The notes beneath the pieces were generated by a model. That model saw only the letters and a program-made list of their open reading frames with translations. It was not told where the DNA came from and made no database searches. Source: Takakia lepidozioides (lineage: Eukaryota > Plantae > Bryophyta). Taken from it: DNA of 64,000 bases. Both the position numbers and the translations under genes were made by a program. Every line of letters starts with the position of its first letter. Position 1 is the first letter of the stretch. This document shows positions 51,269-62,731 of this stretch, in pieces. Where the stretch lies: assembly GCA_030704615.1 (NCBI GenBank), contig CM060731.1, forward strand, positions 73,656,001 to 73,720,000, given 5' to 3'.

Positions 51269-54200
51269 CTACCCATGTGTTGTATCCCGCTGCAAAATAG
51301 TATCGACCTCGTTGAAACTCATAGTGGCCTGGTGAATGAAGTTGTCACGTTTGGGATCGCAAACCATCCTCCTCAAAAATATGAAATACAAATGTTTTGC
51401 AGGGTATGAATTTACCTCTCTTGCCCAAACTGGTTGATAGCATATTCACAAAATCAGGACATGTGCAATTGGGGAAATTGGAAACCGTGATGTCGTAGGT
51501 CCTGTCATGAACAGCAGATGTGGAAGTGATGATTGTGAATACCCGACCATATCCTGGATTGGGTACTTCCGTGGTGCTTCCGACACGAGCTTGGAGCATT
51601 CTTGCGGACTCCACTTTGCCAAAGCGTTCAGCGGTTGGAGGGAAACGCCGAACGAGCTTTCCATCTCGTTTGGTTGGCCACAAGTCAGGATTTGCCGGGG
51701 GGACCCGGGAGGACGCAGAAGTAGTAGCACATGCATGGAATTGGGGTTGTCTCGCAAGGGAAAAACCTGCCTCCTCCAGCATTTCAATCTCCTGAAAGCT
51801 GAGATGTGTTCCCACCTTCACGGGCCAAACGGTTGGAGGAGATGGCTTCATCACTACGGAAGGACGCACAGTTCCATGCACACATCTGGCACAATCATCT
51901 GCGCAGAACCAGAACTTGTGGTTCTTGGCTTCTGGTTGACCGTATGGACGCATCAAGCCCGTGAAAGTCGGAGCAGGAGTTCGGGCACCACCTCTGGATA
52001 TAGATGAAGTGCACTTCTCGAAATTAGTTGCCCTGATCGCTGTACATTTCACACGAGACCCGACACTTGTGCGTTCTATGTGCCAAACGTGGTCGGGGCA
52101 TGCGGACTCAAGCACATCAAGGGGGTTGTTTCTCTCCTGCACCATTTCAGTGGCACGGTTTGATGCTGGAGCTTGCCGTCGTGTTGGAGGTTCCTCCACA
52201 ATGGAGGTTCCGGACATGGAGCTGTCATGCAGGGGAACACGAGGCTTCGAGAAGTTATCACGGTCTACCCTGTGGGAATCTGAATCCGAACCAGGTGGAG
52301 TGTTCAATTTCCTCTTACAGGAGCCGAATCTCTCCTCCCCTTCAAGATGTGGAACTCTAGAAACAAGTGGCGTTCCCTGGGCATACATGCTCACCGCCCG
52401 TGCTATCTTGATTGGATCCCCAGATCTGTTTGCAGCACGCAAGATCAACTCTCATTTGTCCGGACCCTTGCCACCAACCCCACCTCGTAAGAAATCACGG
52501 TATCGGGTTTGTTGTTGCAAGGCACGTATCAAATCATCTGTTGTTGCCACATACAAATCCCGACCTCGTTTCCCAGACTGCTGCAACCATGCATTGTGCA
52601 CAGTTTCTGCCAAATTGCAAGATGGCATGTCCGCCATTTCCTCAATGGACATGTTCTGCAAAGAGGATAACCACACTTCAGAACAGTGCACAGGAAACAA
52701 CATAAAGAAAGCAATGAGTCAAAAATATGGAAAGCAAATGTATGAATAAAGCATGAAATAGAAGCCTCGTACCATTGTCATGGCTGCTCCCCACTGTCTA
52801 TACCGGAAGTGCCAAAACGCCAGCCAATCTTCCAATGCTCTCATACTCTCAAGTGATGCAGCTCCAGAAGAGAACCACCAGGCACGAATTGTCTGGAACA
52901 AAGTGTCCGCCTCCTTCATTGTTCTAGCATCTTTGTACTCTTTGCACAATTTACGGTGCTGAGTCTGCATCTCTGGTTTGATGTCCGACTTTGTATGTTT
53001 TTCCAGAGATTGTGTCCAATGGAATAGACATGTACGCTCTCTTCCTGGCATAGGCACTTTTGGGTCGCCCGATCCGAAGACAATACGAATAGCATTGAAA
53101 TTTACTTGAGCACTATCCGCCATGAAACCTGCGAAATTTGGAGATGGCAGCCCATGGCAGCCCATGACACGTATCAGGGAATTCCACATGAGCTTCTGGG
53201 ATTCCGTATCCTCGGATTGCATGTCACAAACTGCAATTGTCATAACTCGTTGGTACACTGGATCGTAGACATGACAAGCCATTGTCGTCCAATCCTTCAC
53301 TCGTTTCACATGATCAAACATAAGAAAACAGTTCTGCAAGTCCCTAGTCTTCTGCATCTGCTTCACGAGGCTAACCCCACTGCCCTCCCCAACAGTCGAC
53401 ATTTTGAAAAGAAAAACTTTGATGGCACCTTGACCTGGGAATACATTGTCCTGGATGTAATCGTACTTGCTCACTCGTTTCAATTCCAAAATATTGTCTA
53501 TGTAGCCTCTGATCCAAGAGCCCATTCTCAATGCATTGATCTGATGCCGAATGTTAGGTGAACTTAAAGTGGAGAAATGATCCATGACCAGGTCCAATGC
53601 TGCACCGTCAAGTTTAATCCCCACAGAATCTCCTTCACTCAAAATATGGCTTTCCAAGAATGACTTGCTTGCGCCAAGAGCAATTGCAGATGTTGTTGCG
53701 GATGGGTTTCTCCCGAACTCCTGTTTGATCAACCTCGATACTGTCTCAACACTCTCCCTGTAATCCCCCTTCGAGACAGGATGGTTATGGAATCCAAAAT
53801 GCACACAAGCTCTCGTCATTGTATTCAAACGGTGGACAACATAGTACATTCTTGCTCCGCAGAGCGCCAAACAGGATGGCACAAGTTTGCAGAATTTGCA
53901 GACGAAAGTGTTTGCCGGTGGAGGGGCAGTCCCAGGCTGAAATGGATTTTCCGCCAGACCCTCCCATTCGCTTTGATTATGAACCCCAGACTGAAGAAAG
54001 TGTCTGCAATTCAAATTATCACACCTAAGGTGTCCATTGCAAACTGTCCTCCTGAAAACAAGCTTGTCATCATTCTGAATATTGGATGTTTTTGTTCTGC
54101 ACCACGGGTGCCCGTCGTGTTTCTTGTCCGTTCCATGCATCATGATTGTTACACCTCCAACTCGCGGAGGAGGAGGCAGCTCGAATAGGATATCGCCATC

Positions 54201-54785
54201 AAAAGTCTCCGGCAAGAACTTCACAGGCACCTGCTTCAAAGATTCCCAATCAATTCCACGCAACTCACTTTTGAATCCAGCCATTCCTCCCATCGCCCGC
54301 AATTTTGGAATGACACTACAAATCTCTTCTTCATCAGCTTCTGCAACCACAGTAGGAAGGACTGGATTTGGAATTTCACTTATGTCATCATCGGAAGAAT
54401 CCGAAAGCTCAACGATAGGAGTGGAGGAAGTCTGTTCTTTTTTCACCACCACCTCCCTCTTGTCTTCAACGACCGAAGCAGCAGTCCCAGGCGTCACATA
54501 TGACCCAAGGGACTTTTGCCGAGGCTCTCCAAGTACTCTGTATCGACCAGGACGCACTCTCCACTAGCTGATATGAGCCGTCTCATCACGGTTTTGGAAA
54601 GAATATTTCACCAACTTCCCTTTCAGATCGTAAACCTCTTTCTCCAAAAAGATGGAGCCATTCTGCAGCTGAAAACGGGTAGCCAAGACATGTTCCAGAA
54701 CAATTGCAAATCCATTGTCAAGGACTTCCTGGGAGAACGGCACTGGTTTGTCGTCTGAGAAGAACTCCGCTTCAGAGGAAGCCAT
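51269..54785 (-). pseudogene. MULE transposase, copy B (~1130 codons; GCM-like, DDE, SWIM); one intron ~52656-52771; two premature stops and a frameshift near 51397
   Basis: ORFs 54564-54785, 52719-54557, 52452-52703 and 51345-52448; same motifs as copy A. Confidence 0.9.
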
Positions 54786-55638
54786 CTTCCTTCCTCGAGT
54801 ATGTTTGTACCTTGCTATCGCAGATCTAGTGTAAATCGGTTTACTGCTGTCTCCAGAACACAGTTGAAGAATGAGCAGAGAATATGGCGGAGGAAGCTCA
54901 GATAACGACTGTGCATATTATGTTATTCTTTCCAGATATGCAGCCGTCCATTTTAATTACTTTTCTTGTGGGCCCAGTGGTCAGAGTATCCCTAGGGGCA
55001 GTGTCGGCAACTATTAAACCGTTAATCAGAACCTCATCAATAAACCCAATAACAAAGCCGACTTCCTGGAAGCATGCCACAGGATCTGAGAATGGGATTG
55101 CAGATTAAGTAAATGTATCTATATACTACTACCAATGATCATGCGCACCTAGAAAGTTCCAAATGTGAAACGAATGTGGGGTTTGGCTAACAAGGATGAC
55201 CGTGTATGATATTCCAAAATTTGTCATCAAACTCTCGTTCATTTATATTTATTTGTTTAAGACTGCGCATCAATTTCTGGGATTCGCTGTTCTTTTCAAA
55301 TATTGAACCCGTTCTAATAAAGAACACGCCGTTTTTTTTGGGTGGCACACGTCAGACATCCATAACTGAATACGAACAGTTGTACACCAATTGCTGGCAT
55401 GTGCATTAATAAGGAAACAACTATGTGTAACGGTCACGCGGAGGGAATCCGATGCTTCTAGAGACACGCAAGAACGCAGGCAATCCCGCAAGAAATCGGA
55501 AGTCACTGCGTTTTTCTACTTTTCGCGCTTAGAGGGAGAGTGGTAGTCAAGCTGGAGAGGGTTCTTTCTAGAATACGAAAGAGAAGAAAGTCTCTTTATT
55601 TTACTTCCCTTAGAGAGAGACGCAGAGCAAGAGAGAAA

Positions 55639-58600
55639 ATGACGAGGCGTCGTTTGTTGGAGAACACAGGGCCAAGGCAGCAGGTGAACGCGGAGACTGA
55701 TTCACAAGAGCAGACGGAGACTGAGGCAGCGGCTGCGACACAGTCGGCGATAAGAGTGCGCCAGCCTGTGGAGGCAGAGATGATTCGCAGGGACACTGAA
55801 GAAGGTGGAAGCACGCGGAACGCCGAACCTGGAGAAGGTCAAGAAACCCTTGCGCAGACAGAAACTCCAGCAGATGTGAGAGGGAAGAGGAAAGCTGCAG
55901 AAGGGGATCAAATTTCAAAACCTAAGAAGGTGCCAGTAAGTTTTATCATATAGTCTGTCTGATTGCCTTTCAAGGAGTCCTTCATCTTCCCTTCTTTAGC
56001 AGGAACTACTGATTTGCGAGCGTCGTTAACGTCATTCGATTCTCCGAATGAGATTTATGTACTTATGTGTTTGAAGATGGAGATGGGGACGAGTCCGCAA
56101 AAAGCTCTGAGAATACAGATGAAGCAGATGAATCCGAAGTGCACTACCTTGACAAGGTGAAAGAACTCATGTCATTCCAGAAGGTAAACTCTCAGGAGGT
56201 TATAAGGGACATGCTCGTATCTGGAGGGCGTCTGGACATACCTCTGTGCCGGATGATATCAATGCATGTTGTGCGTCCACCTCTTTCCCATGACATAACA
56301 AAATTGGAGAGTGATTTTGTGCATGGATATAGACTTGGTGCACAAGTTTTTTATGTGTCACTGACGGATATAAATGGGAAAAGCACATTAGTGTCTCCAG
56401 AGATCAGTGATAACTGGGATGAGTGCTTGAAAGATGCCAATGAGGAGTTCGAGCTGGGCCTCATGATGGGAAAGAACACCCAGCAATTCTGCAACCACAT
56501 GTTCTACGTCTGGGACGGCAACCACCGATTGCTGGCATGGATGGGATACATTCAGAAACACCATTCGAAAGACAAAGACAAGCATGTTGCTGTGGAGGCA
56601 ATGGTTTTGGATCCAGGAAACGACATCGCTAGGCTTCTTACAGCTATGCACGACGTGAACAAGTAAGTCATCCAGGAGATTTCATTCCCTCTGTAGTGTC
56701 TTGTTAATCCTCAAAAAACAGTGTTAAGGAATGCAATGTTTCCAATGTTTTTGCAGATCGGCAGAGAAATCGCATGTGACAACAAGCTTGGTTCACACAC
56801 TATTCCGAATTCAGAGGATTGGTCTGATGAAGCTGGATGATTTTCGGACAGTACTACCACCCAATATCATCAAGAAGTGCAAAACAGGAAAGCTGCAGGC
56901 ACTTGGTATTCTTTGACACGAGAGGCGTTTCTGGAGTACATGTATGCGGTAAGCCCGAGTCTGTAATCTGTTTACTTTTCGAATACATGTTTGTAGTCCC
57001 TTCGGAGCTAATCACTACTTGAATGAATGCAGCAAGAACTGGCAGAGGCAGCTGAGAAGGGAAAATCCGAATATTACCGCACTACACCAGAAGAACTAAG
57101 GACATCAAAGGGTGTGGAAGCTGCAATAAAAAAGGAGTTTGAAATGCGAAGAACCAAATTGATGTCAGCCTTCGGAAAGCAGCTTAGAATAGTAGATCCT
57201 GGACTTGGTCCTGAGTTCCTTCAGCAGATCAAAACACACTATGACAAGCATGTGCATCCGGAGATGCAGCAGGAGAAATTGCACCGGCTGGCCATATCGA
57301 TGGTCGACCCACAAACAAAAATAAGGTGGCTGGAGATATGGAACTCAGATCAAACAGTAAAGGACTTGAATCAGTTCCCAAAGAGCACCATACAGCCTGG
57401 TACAAAGGTGGAAGGAATCAGTGATTTGGTGTTTGATAACTGGCTCCACAAGGCTACATTTTGGAGTCAGGTGTGTATTCAAACATGCTGTTTCTTCTCT
57501 TCAAGTATGTGATGTGTATCTTTTTTGCAATTCTGACAAATATACTATTTGCAGCTCGAAAAGCGCGCCGTCATTGTGCTGGATCAGACTTTGAAGGACC
57601 TGAACATTTCGATTGTTTCCCCTCCCCAAATGTCATTGGAGGCATACATAAGGAAGTGGAGAGGTCTGACCTGGAGATACTGTTTTTTCCGGGAGTTCTC
57701 CAAAGATGGTAACATTTTACGGTCCAACGACTTTGACAGTCAGGTTGGAGGAGAGTGGGCCATGATGTGAGTTGTGTACAGGTGCAATGTCATACTTGAA
57801 ACTCTACTGTTTTTTTGGGAAAAATGTGGCTTCATATGGATTGAAATCTTAGATCCAGATTGAATGTCGTTGACAACATTCACTTCTTTGTCTGAGTCAT
57901 TCTTAAGCGAGTATATGAATTCACCTGATTAGGATCTAAGGGTGCAATTATATTGTCCCTGATTAGAATTGATAATGTCCTTGAATGGCGTTGACGACAT
58001 TCACATACGGAGTTGTTGAGAGGTCCTCAGAGTTATTTAAATTTTTGTAATGTCCATAGAGGTTACAGTGAGGGTTCCTCACTTCATTTTGCTGAATGTC
58101 AATGCAGACATTCAGTTGTTCTGCATTGTTTTTGCCTCTTGCGATGAATGTGGAGGCTTGATAAGCTCTGTTTTAAGAAATCCAAAATGAATGTCGTTGA
58201 CGACATTCACAGCTGTGTCTGTATTATTCAACAGCGACAAATTCAATTTACATGGATTGGGGAGCTAAGTAATTGGTTTCTTTTTTGTATTTTTGTGAAT
58301 GGCGTTGACGCCATTCACATACAGTGATGTTGTGAGGTCCTCAGTGATAGGTTCGTTATGAATGTGCATTGAGTTTGCCTGGAGGGTTCCTTACTCAATT
58401 TTTTGATTTCATCCTGTGATTTTGCTTCATTTAAGTAATAATTTGGCTTCATTAGTGAATGTCGTTGACGACATTCACTTCTATGTCTGTGTCATTTCTA
58501 AACGATAATTTGCATTCACCTGGATTAGGGTGTATTTACAGTATCATTGAATGGAATGTTCTGAATGGCGTTGACGTCATTCATATCTGGAGCAGTAGTG

Positions 58601-60926
58601 TGGTCCTGAAAGGTCCTTGGAGCAGTTCTCAGATCCATTTCAATGTATGTTTTATTCTTTCTGTTCTACTTGCATCTTACTCACTGAGCACTTTTGTGGG
58701 TTGGGATTTATCTCCTTTTTTCAGGTACACGAAATATGTGCTTATGGAAGGAAATCACCTGAGCGGAATTCCTGACTATCTTGACATGTGGTCGGACCCT
58801 GCAAACGATCCAACCATGTATACTGCAGGGATATTGAAGGACTGGAGTCCTTCTCACTTCAGAGACTGTGGGTGGTACCTTGACTGCCCACCTGAGCACA
58901 CGACCTTTCAAGAACAACATATGAAATACTTGAACAATAACGCTGAGATGCTGGCGCCTTTGACTGACGAAGAGTATCAACGAAACATAGCAACATTGGC
59001 TGCCAAGGAGCCTGATGCTCAGGGAACGCCGCAGAAGGGAAAGAAGGCGGGCCGCAAACCAAAAGACAAGGCTGTTGATGTCATAGCCATCTCACCAGCA
59101 AAGCCAAAGGACAAAGACAAGTCCAAAGAGAAGGAAAAGGACAAGGGGAAGGAGAATGAAAAGGAGATGGAGAGTGGGCAGGACTTTACTGCTGGAAGAT
59201 ATACCCGCACTCTTCAGTGCGTGTTCGATGCCAAGCCACACCCTTCCCGTTCTGATTCAGCAGGAGAGATGAAAATTGTTAATGAGGGTTGGCTTTCGAT
59301 GATGCAGAGTCGAAAGAGAGGATACACTGGGGTGCCATCCCCTACCTGGGACAATATAATCTCATTCCTCAATCTGGTGAGAATTCCAGTTTCTTTCCTT
59401 TTTCTTTGAAAGTTTCGTTGGCAGTATTTCGGTCTCGTTCTTTGAAAACAATCCTGCCATCGTTCTTATAAGAAACATGTCTGTTGCAGGTGAGCACAGG
59501 TCCCACCTTCGTGTGCGGTGTGCAGAAAACTTATGCGGCCGACATTGTCATTCTCGACATCCCGGATGGCCAGGCTGTGCCAGAAGTTCTTCCAAAGGGC
59601 AAGACGCCAGGCTGGAACAAATTCGAGGACAACTATTGGAGTTCGGTGTTCGGGTTCTGTAACAATTTCCTCTCTGATGCAGGGACACTTCTGCTTTTTC
59701 AGTCATGTGACAATGATAGTCGTCGGGCATTGGCATCATACCTCAAGTCTTCAGGGTTTGAAGTTTTGCGCACATGAATTGTGTGAACAGCCTATACCTT
59801 GTGAAAGGGGGTTTCCCTGGTCAGCTGGTATGCCGTCTCCCTTCTGCTTATGCTTTGATCATGAGTTTCAATTTTCTTGCAGCTCCACTCTAGTAGAATG
59901 TTTTATGATCGACACCGATCATCACCGATTCATGATTTTTTTGTGTCAGAGTTCTGAATAGCCGATGTACACACTCCCACTATAGATTGTGTTTACCACA
60001 CTAACCTGCTATCTTTGCCAGACGAGGATGTTTGAGGCGATCTGCCTGCGGAGGATTCGCACATCAAAGACACCATCCTCCATCCGCAGCTTTGAGATTT
60101 CTGACCAGGGTTGTTTCGTCAACCCCCCCTATGAGCCCCATGTCGATGACATTTTGTACAACTTCATGCAGTCCAGTCAGACTCTGAAGAGACCAGATGG
60201 CACTCCCTGGAGAGGTGCAAAGGAAAAGTCACCAGCATTCATGCAAATACTGCTGGAGTCATGCAGCCACCGCTCTGCACGGGTGGTCGATCTTTCTGTG
60301 TCCACAGGTTCGTTTTTTCCCTTCCGAATTGGTTTCCTTTCAACAGTTTCATCTGCTTAAATCCCCCCCTCCAAACTGTTCATGTTCTCCTGTCTGGTGC
60401 AGGAGCAACTTACCACGCATGCAAGGCGGGCGGAAGAAGCCTTTTTGGCATGGAGGGTGATTCTGACCTCTACAACACCGTGCTCCTCCCCTTTTTGTCT
60501 GGCTCCACTTTAGGCACACAGACTGATCGGATTCAAATTCGAAATGATGACGATCCCGAAGATAAGCAGGTCGACAACGACTTTTCATGTGAGTAAGTGC
60601 TAAACCCTCTTTGGGAGTCATACTCAATTTCTCGATAACATCAAAGTTTCAGTAATAACTTTTTCAGGCTGTCTTTCAGGAAAGGCAGCGGTGGATCTTC
60701 AGGAGATACAGTCATTTCTGGCGAGTCTGTTTTCGACAGCCCCCTTTTCAATTTTCTGCTTCCTATTTATGCCGAAGCAATGGCACTTCACGCGGCCAAG
60801 TCCCTATCCCCTGACTTTTTACTGCCCAGCCGTAGGTGTATCCAGCGTGGATCCGGTGTTCTAAAATACTTAGACTTAGATGCAGAGGAAGAGGGGATAC
60901 ATTGTACTGACTCTGAGTCAGACTGA
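55639..60926 (+). pseudogene. Multi-exon accessory gene: ParB/Srx-like domain plus beta-class amino-DNA-methyltransferase-like domain and acidic tail
   Basis: FYVWDGNHRLLAW (~56502-56540); DIVILDIPDG (59541-70); FL...GTLLLF; EKSPAFMQILLES..VVDLSVSTG|ATYHACKAGGRSLFGMEGD (60223-60460, spliced); last exon 60668-60926. A 1-nt deletion at ~59776 relative to copy A. The exon 1-2 junction is unresolved. Confidence 0.75.
57861..58583. repeat. Seven spaced palindromes TGAATG(T/G)CGTTGACGACATTCA in an intron of copy B
   Basis: Copies at ~57861, 57983, 58093 (degenerate), 58188, 58296, 58456 and 58562. Confidence 0.88.
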
Positions 60927-62016
60927 ACTGTATTCTTTTAATATTCATTTTCATATTATCTGGAAAACGTTGAATCCCCTTCCTCCACCGTAGTTGTTCC
61001 TTTAGAACAAATAATAATCACAGAATCAACTTTCGTTTAAATTGCTATATGTATGAATCCATCTCACAAACCTTCCTGACTCTTCTCATATCCATTGTGC
61101 ATTCATCTACACTGTATTCATGCGTGCTCCATTCATGAAAGCTTCCTTTGTACAACATCCATTGTACATTCATCCTCTGTACTCTTTAATCCACCCCACA
61201 AACCTTCCACACTCATTTCATATACGTTATGCATTCGTCAAAAGATTTGGTCATGCATCTTCCTGTCATGAATTTTTGTTATTGCTCAACATCCATTATA
61301 CATTCATCCATTTTACTCTTATCCATCCGTCATTCATCCATCTACATACATTTTTCACACTCATCCATCTGTTTATCATCCAACTGTACATTCATCCATT
61401 CTTTATTCAATGCCTTTTATTATGTCGTCCAGCTTGTTTCCGCGGTAAAGGGTGCCAATCCGCGGGAATACACTCCACTTCTTTCTGGGCGCGTGGTGAC
61501 GCGGCCTTCACGTGTGATGACGTGGACTGAGCCCCGTGACGTGGCATTTGCGCAAGGTGACGTGGCGTGAGCGCAGTTGCGCTCACGTGACCAGGCTCAC
61601 GCCGAGGCATCCCTGCCTATATCCGAGGATGGTCCTATGATCGTGGGATTAATCTAGGCAATCGTTGGTTGAGTACAATGAAGACTACCATCAAACACCC
61701 GAAATAGGAAATAAGCCTACAACTGTGGCATCCATTCCACAACATTGTACAATTAGAATTGTAAGTTTCACTATTATAACTACAAGGACGACAAAATCAC
61801 CTCACAACGTGAATGCCATAGAGGCTGCCACAGGAAGACCATGGGAACCATCTTGATGTCCAAAGGTGCCATGATGCATGAGTTCTAAGAACTTGCCATA
61901 CAGAGCACATACCAAATGCCGAAACAGAACAGAAGTGAGGATTGACGACCTCTACCAAAATACCAAATCAGAGTAATTTGTTTTTTTTGGAACAATAAGG
62001 AAAAACAAAAACAGAG

Positions 62017-62054
62017 TAGAAGAGATGATCGGTGCCAATCATCACTTCTGCACT

Positions 62055-62089
<35 letters not shown>

Positions 62090-62731
62090 CCCGTATTTTT
62101 CCCTTAAAAAATAAAATAAAAACAGAATAGAAGTGATGATCGGTGCCGATCATAACTTCTGTTTTTCTTTTTTCTTTTCTTTTTCCGTATTTTTTCTTAT
62201 TAAAAAAAAAAAACACAGAGTAGAAGTGATGATCGGCACCGATCATCACTTCTGTTTTTATTTATTTATTTATTTATAATAAATTTTACCAAAAACAAAA
62301 AAAAACAGAAGTGATGATCGGTACCGATCATCATTTACAGTGCTTTAAGATTTTGCAGAGTATTTTTCATTTCGGCCAGAAATGTGGTTCACATTGTTTT
62401 GCTTTCGTGTTTGAGTCCTGCATCTTTTCCCCCTTGCAAAGTTAGTTGTCCATCAAAACATGATCTTAGGGCTAGAAAGTGTCGATCATCACTCAAACTG
62501 CTATGTGCGGATGCAGAGAAATCTTCATTTGGCCCAAAACTGTGAATTGCATCGTTTTGTTTTCGTGTTTCAGTCCTATTTTTCCCCGATTGAAACTGAA
62601 ATCTTCAAGAAAATGTGATGATCGGCGGCGATCATCACATTTAGACCTTCTTTAGGGTGGTACTTGTGAGGTAGTAGAATTCCTATCAGCAGTCACTCTC
62701 TATAGGGATGATCGCCGCCGATCATCACATT
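62017..62731. repeat. Six spaced palindromes GTGATGATCGG-NN-CCGATCATCAC in copy C
   Basis: Copies at ~62020, 62130, 62222, 62307, 62612 and 62706. Confidence 0.88.

Larger units (their letters stand above)
50619..61615 (-). mobile_element. Mutator-like element, copy B, apparently full length (10997 bp)
   Basis: TIRs CAACGACGCAATGGCGTGAGC / GCTCACGCCGAGGCATCCCTG; perfect 9-bp TSD CCTATATCC (50610-18, 61616-24); two divergent genes. Confidence 0.95.

Noticed and set aside
51961-52749. Long antisense ORFs over the transposase (also 35387-36169, 33567-34061)
   Set aside because: Shadow frames of the transposase coding strand.
54884-55108. Small ORF between the two divergent genes (also 33030-33257)
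   Set aside because: The C-terminal frames differ between copies, there is no motif, and similarity is explained by recent common ancestry.
60121-60132. NPPY motif as the MTase catalytic motif
   Set aside because: Copy A has NSPY, and the position lies in the variable region rather than at beta-class motif IV; probably coincidental, though not excluded.
61616-61850. Direct repeat of B's left subterminus suggesting an LTR-like or head-to-tail structure
   Set aside because: Explained by B inserting into relative C, with a perfect 9-bp TSD.
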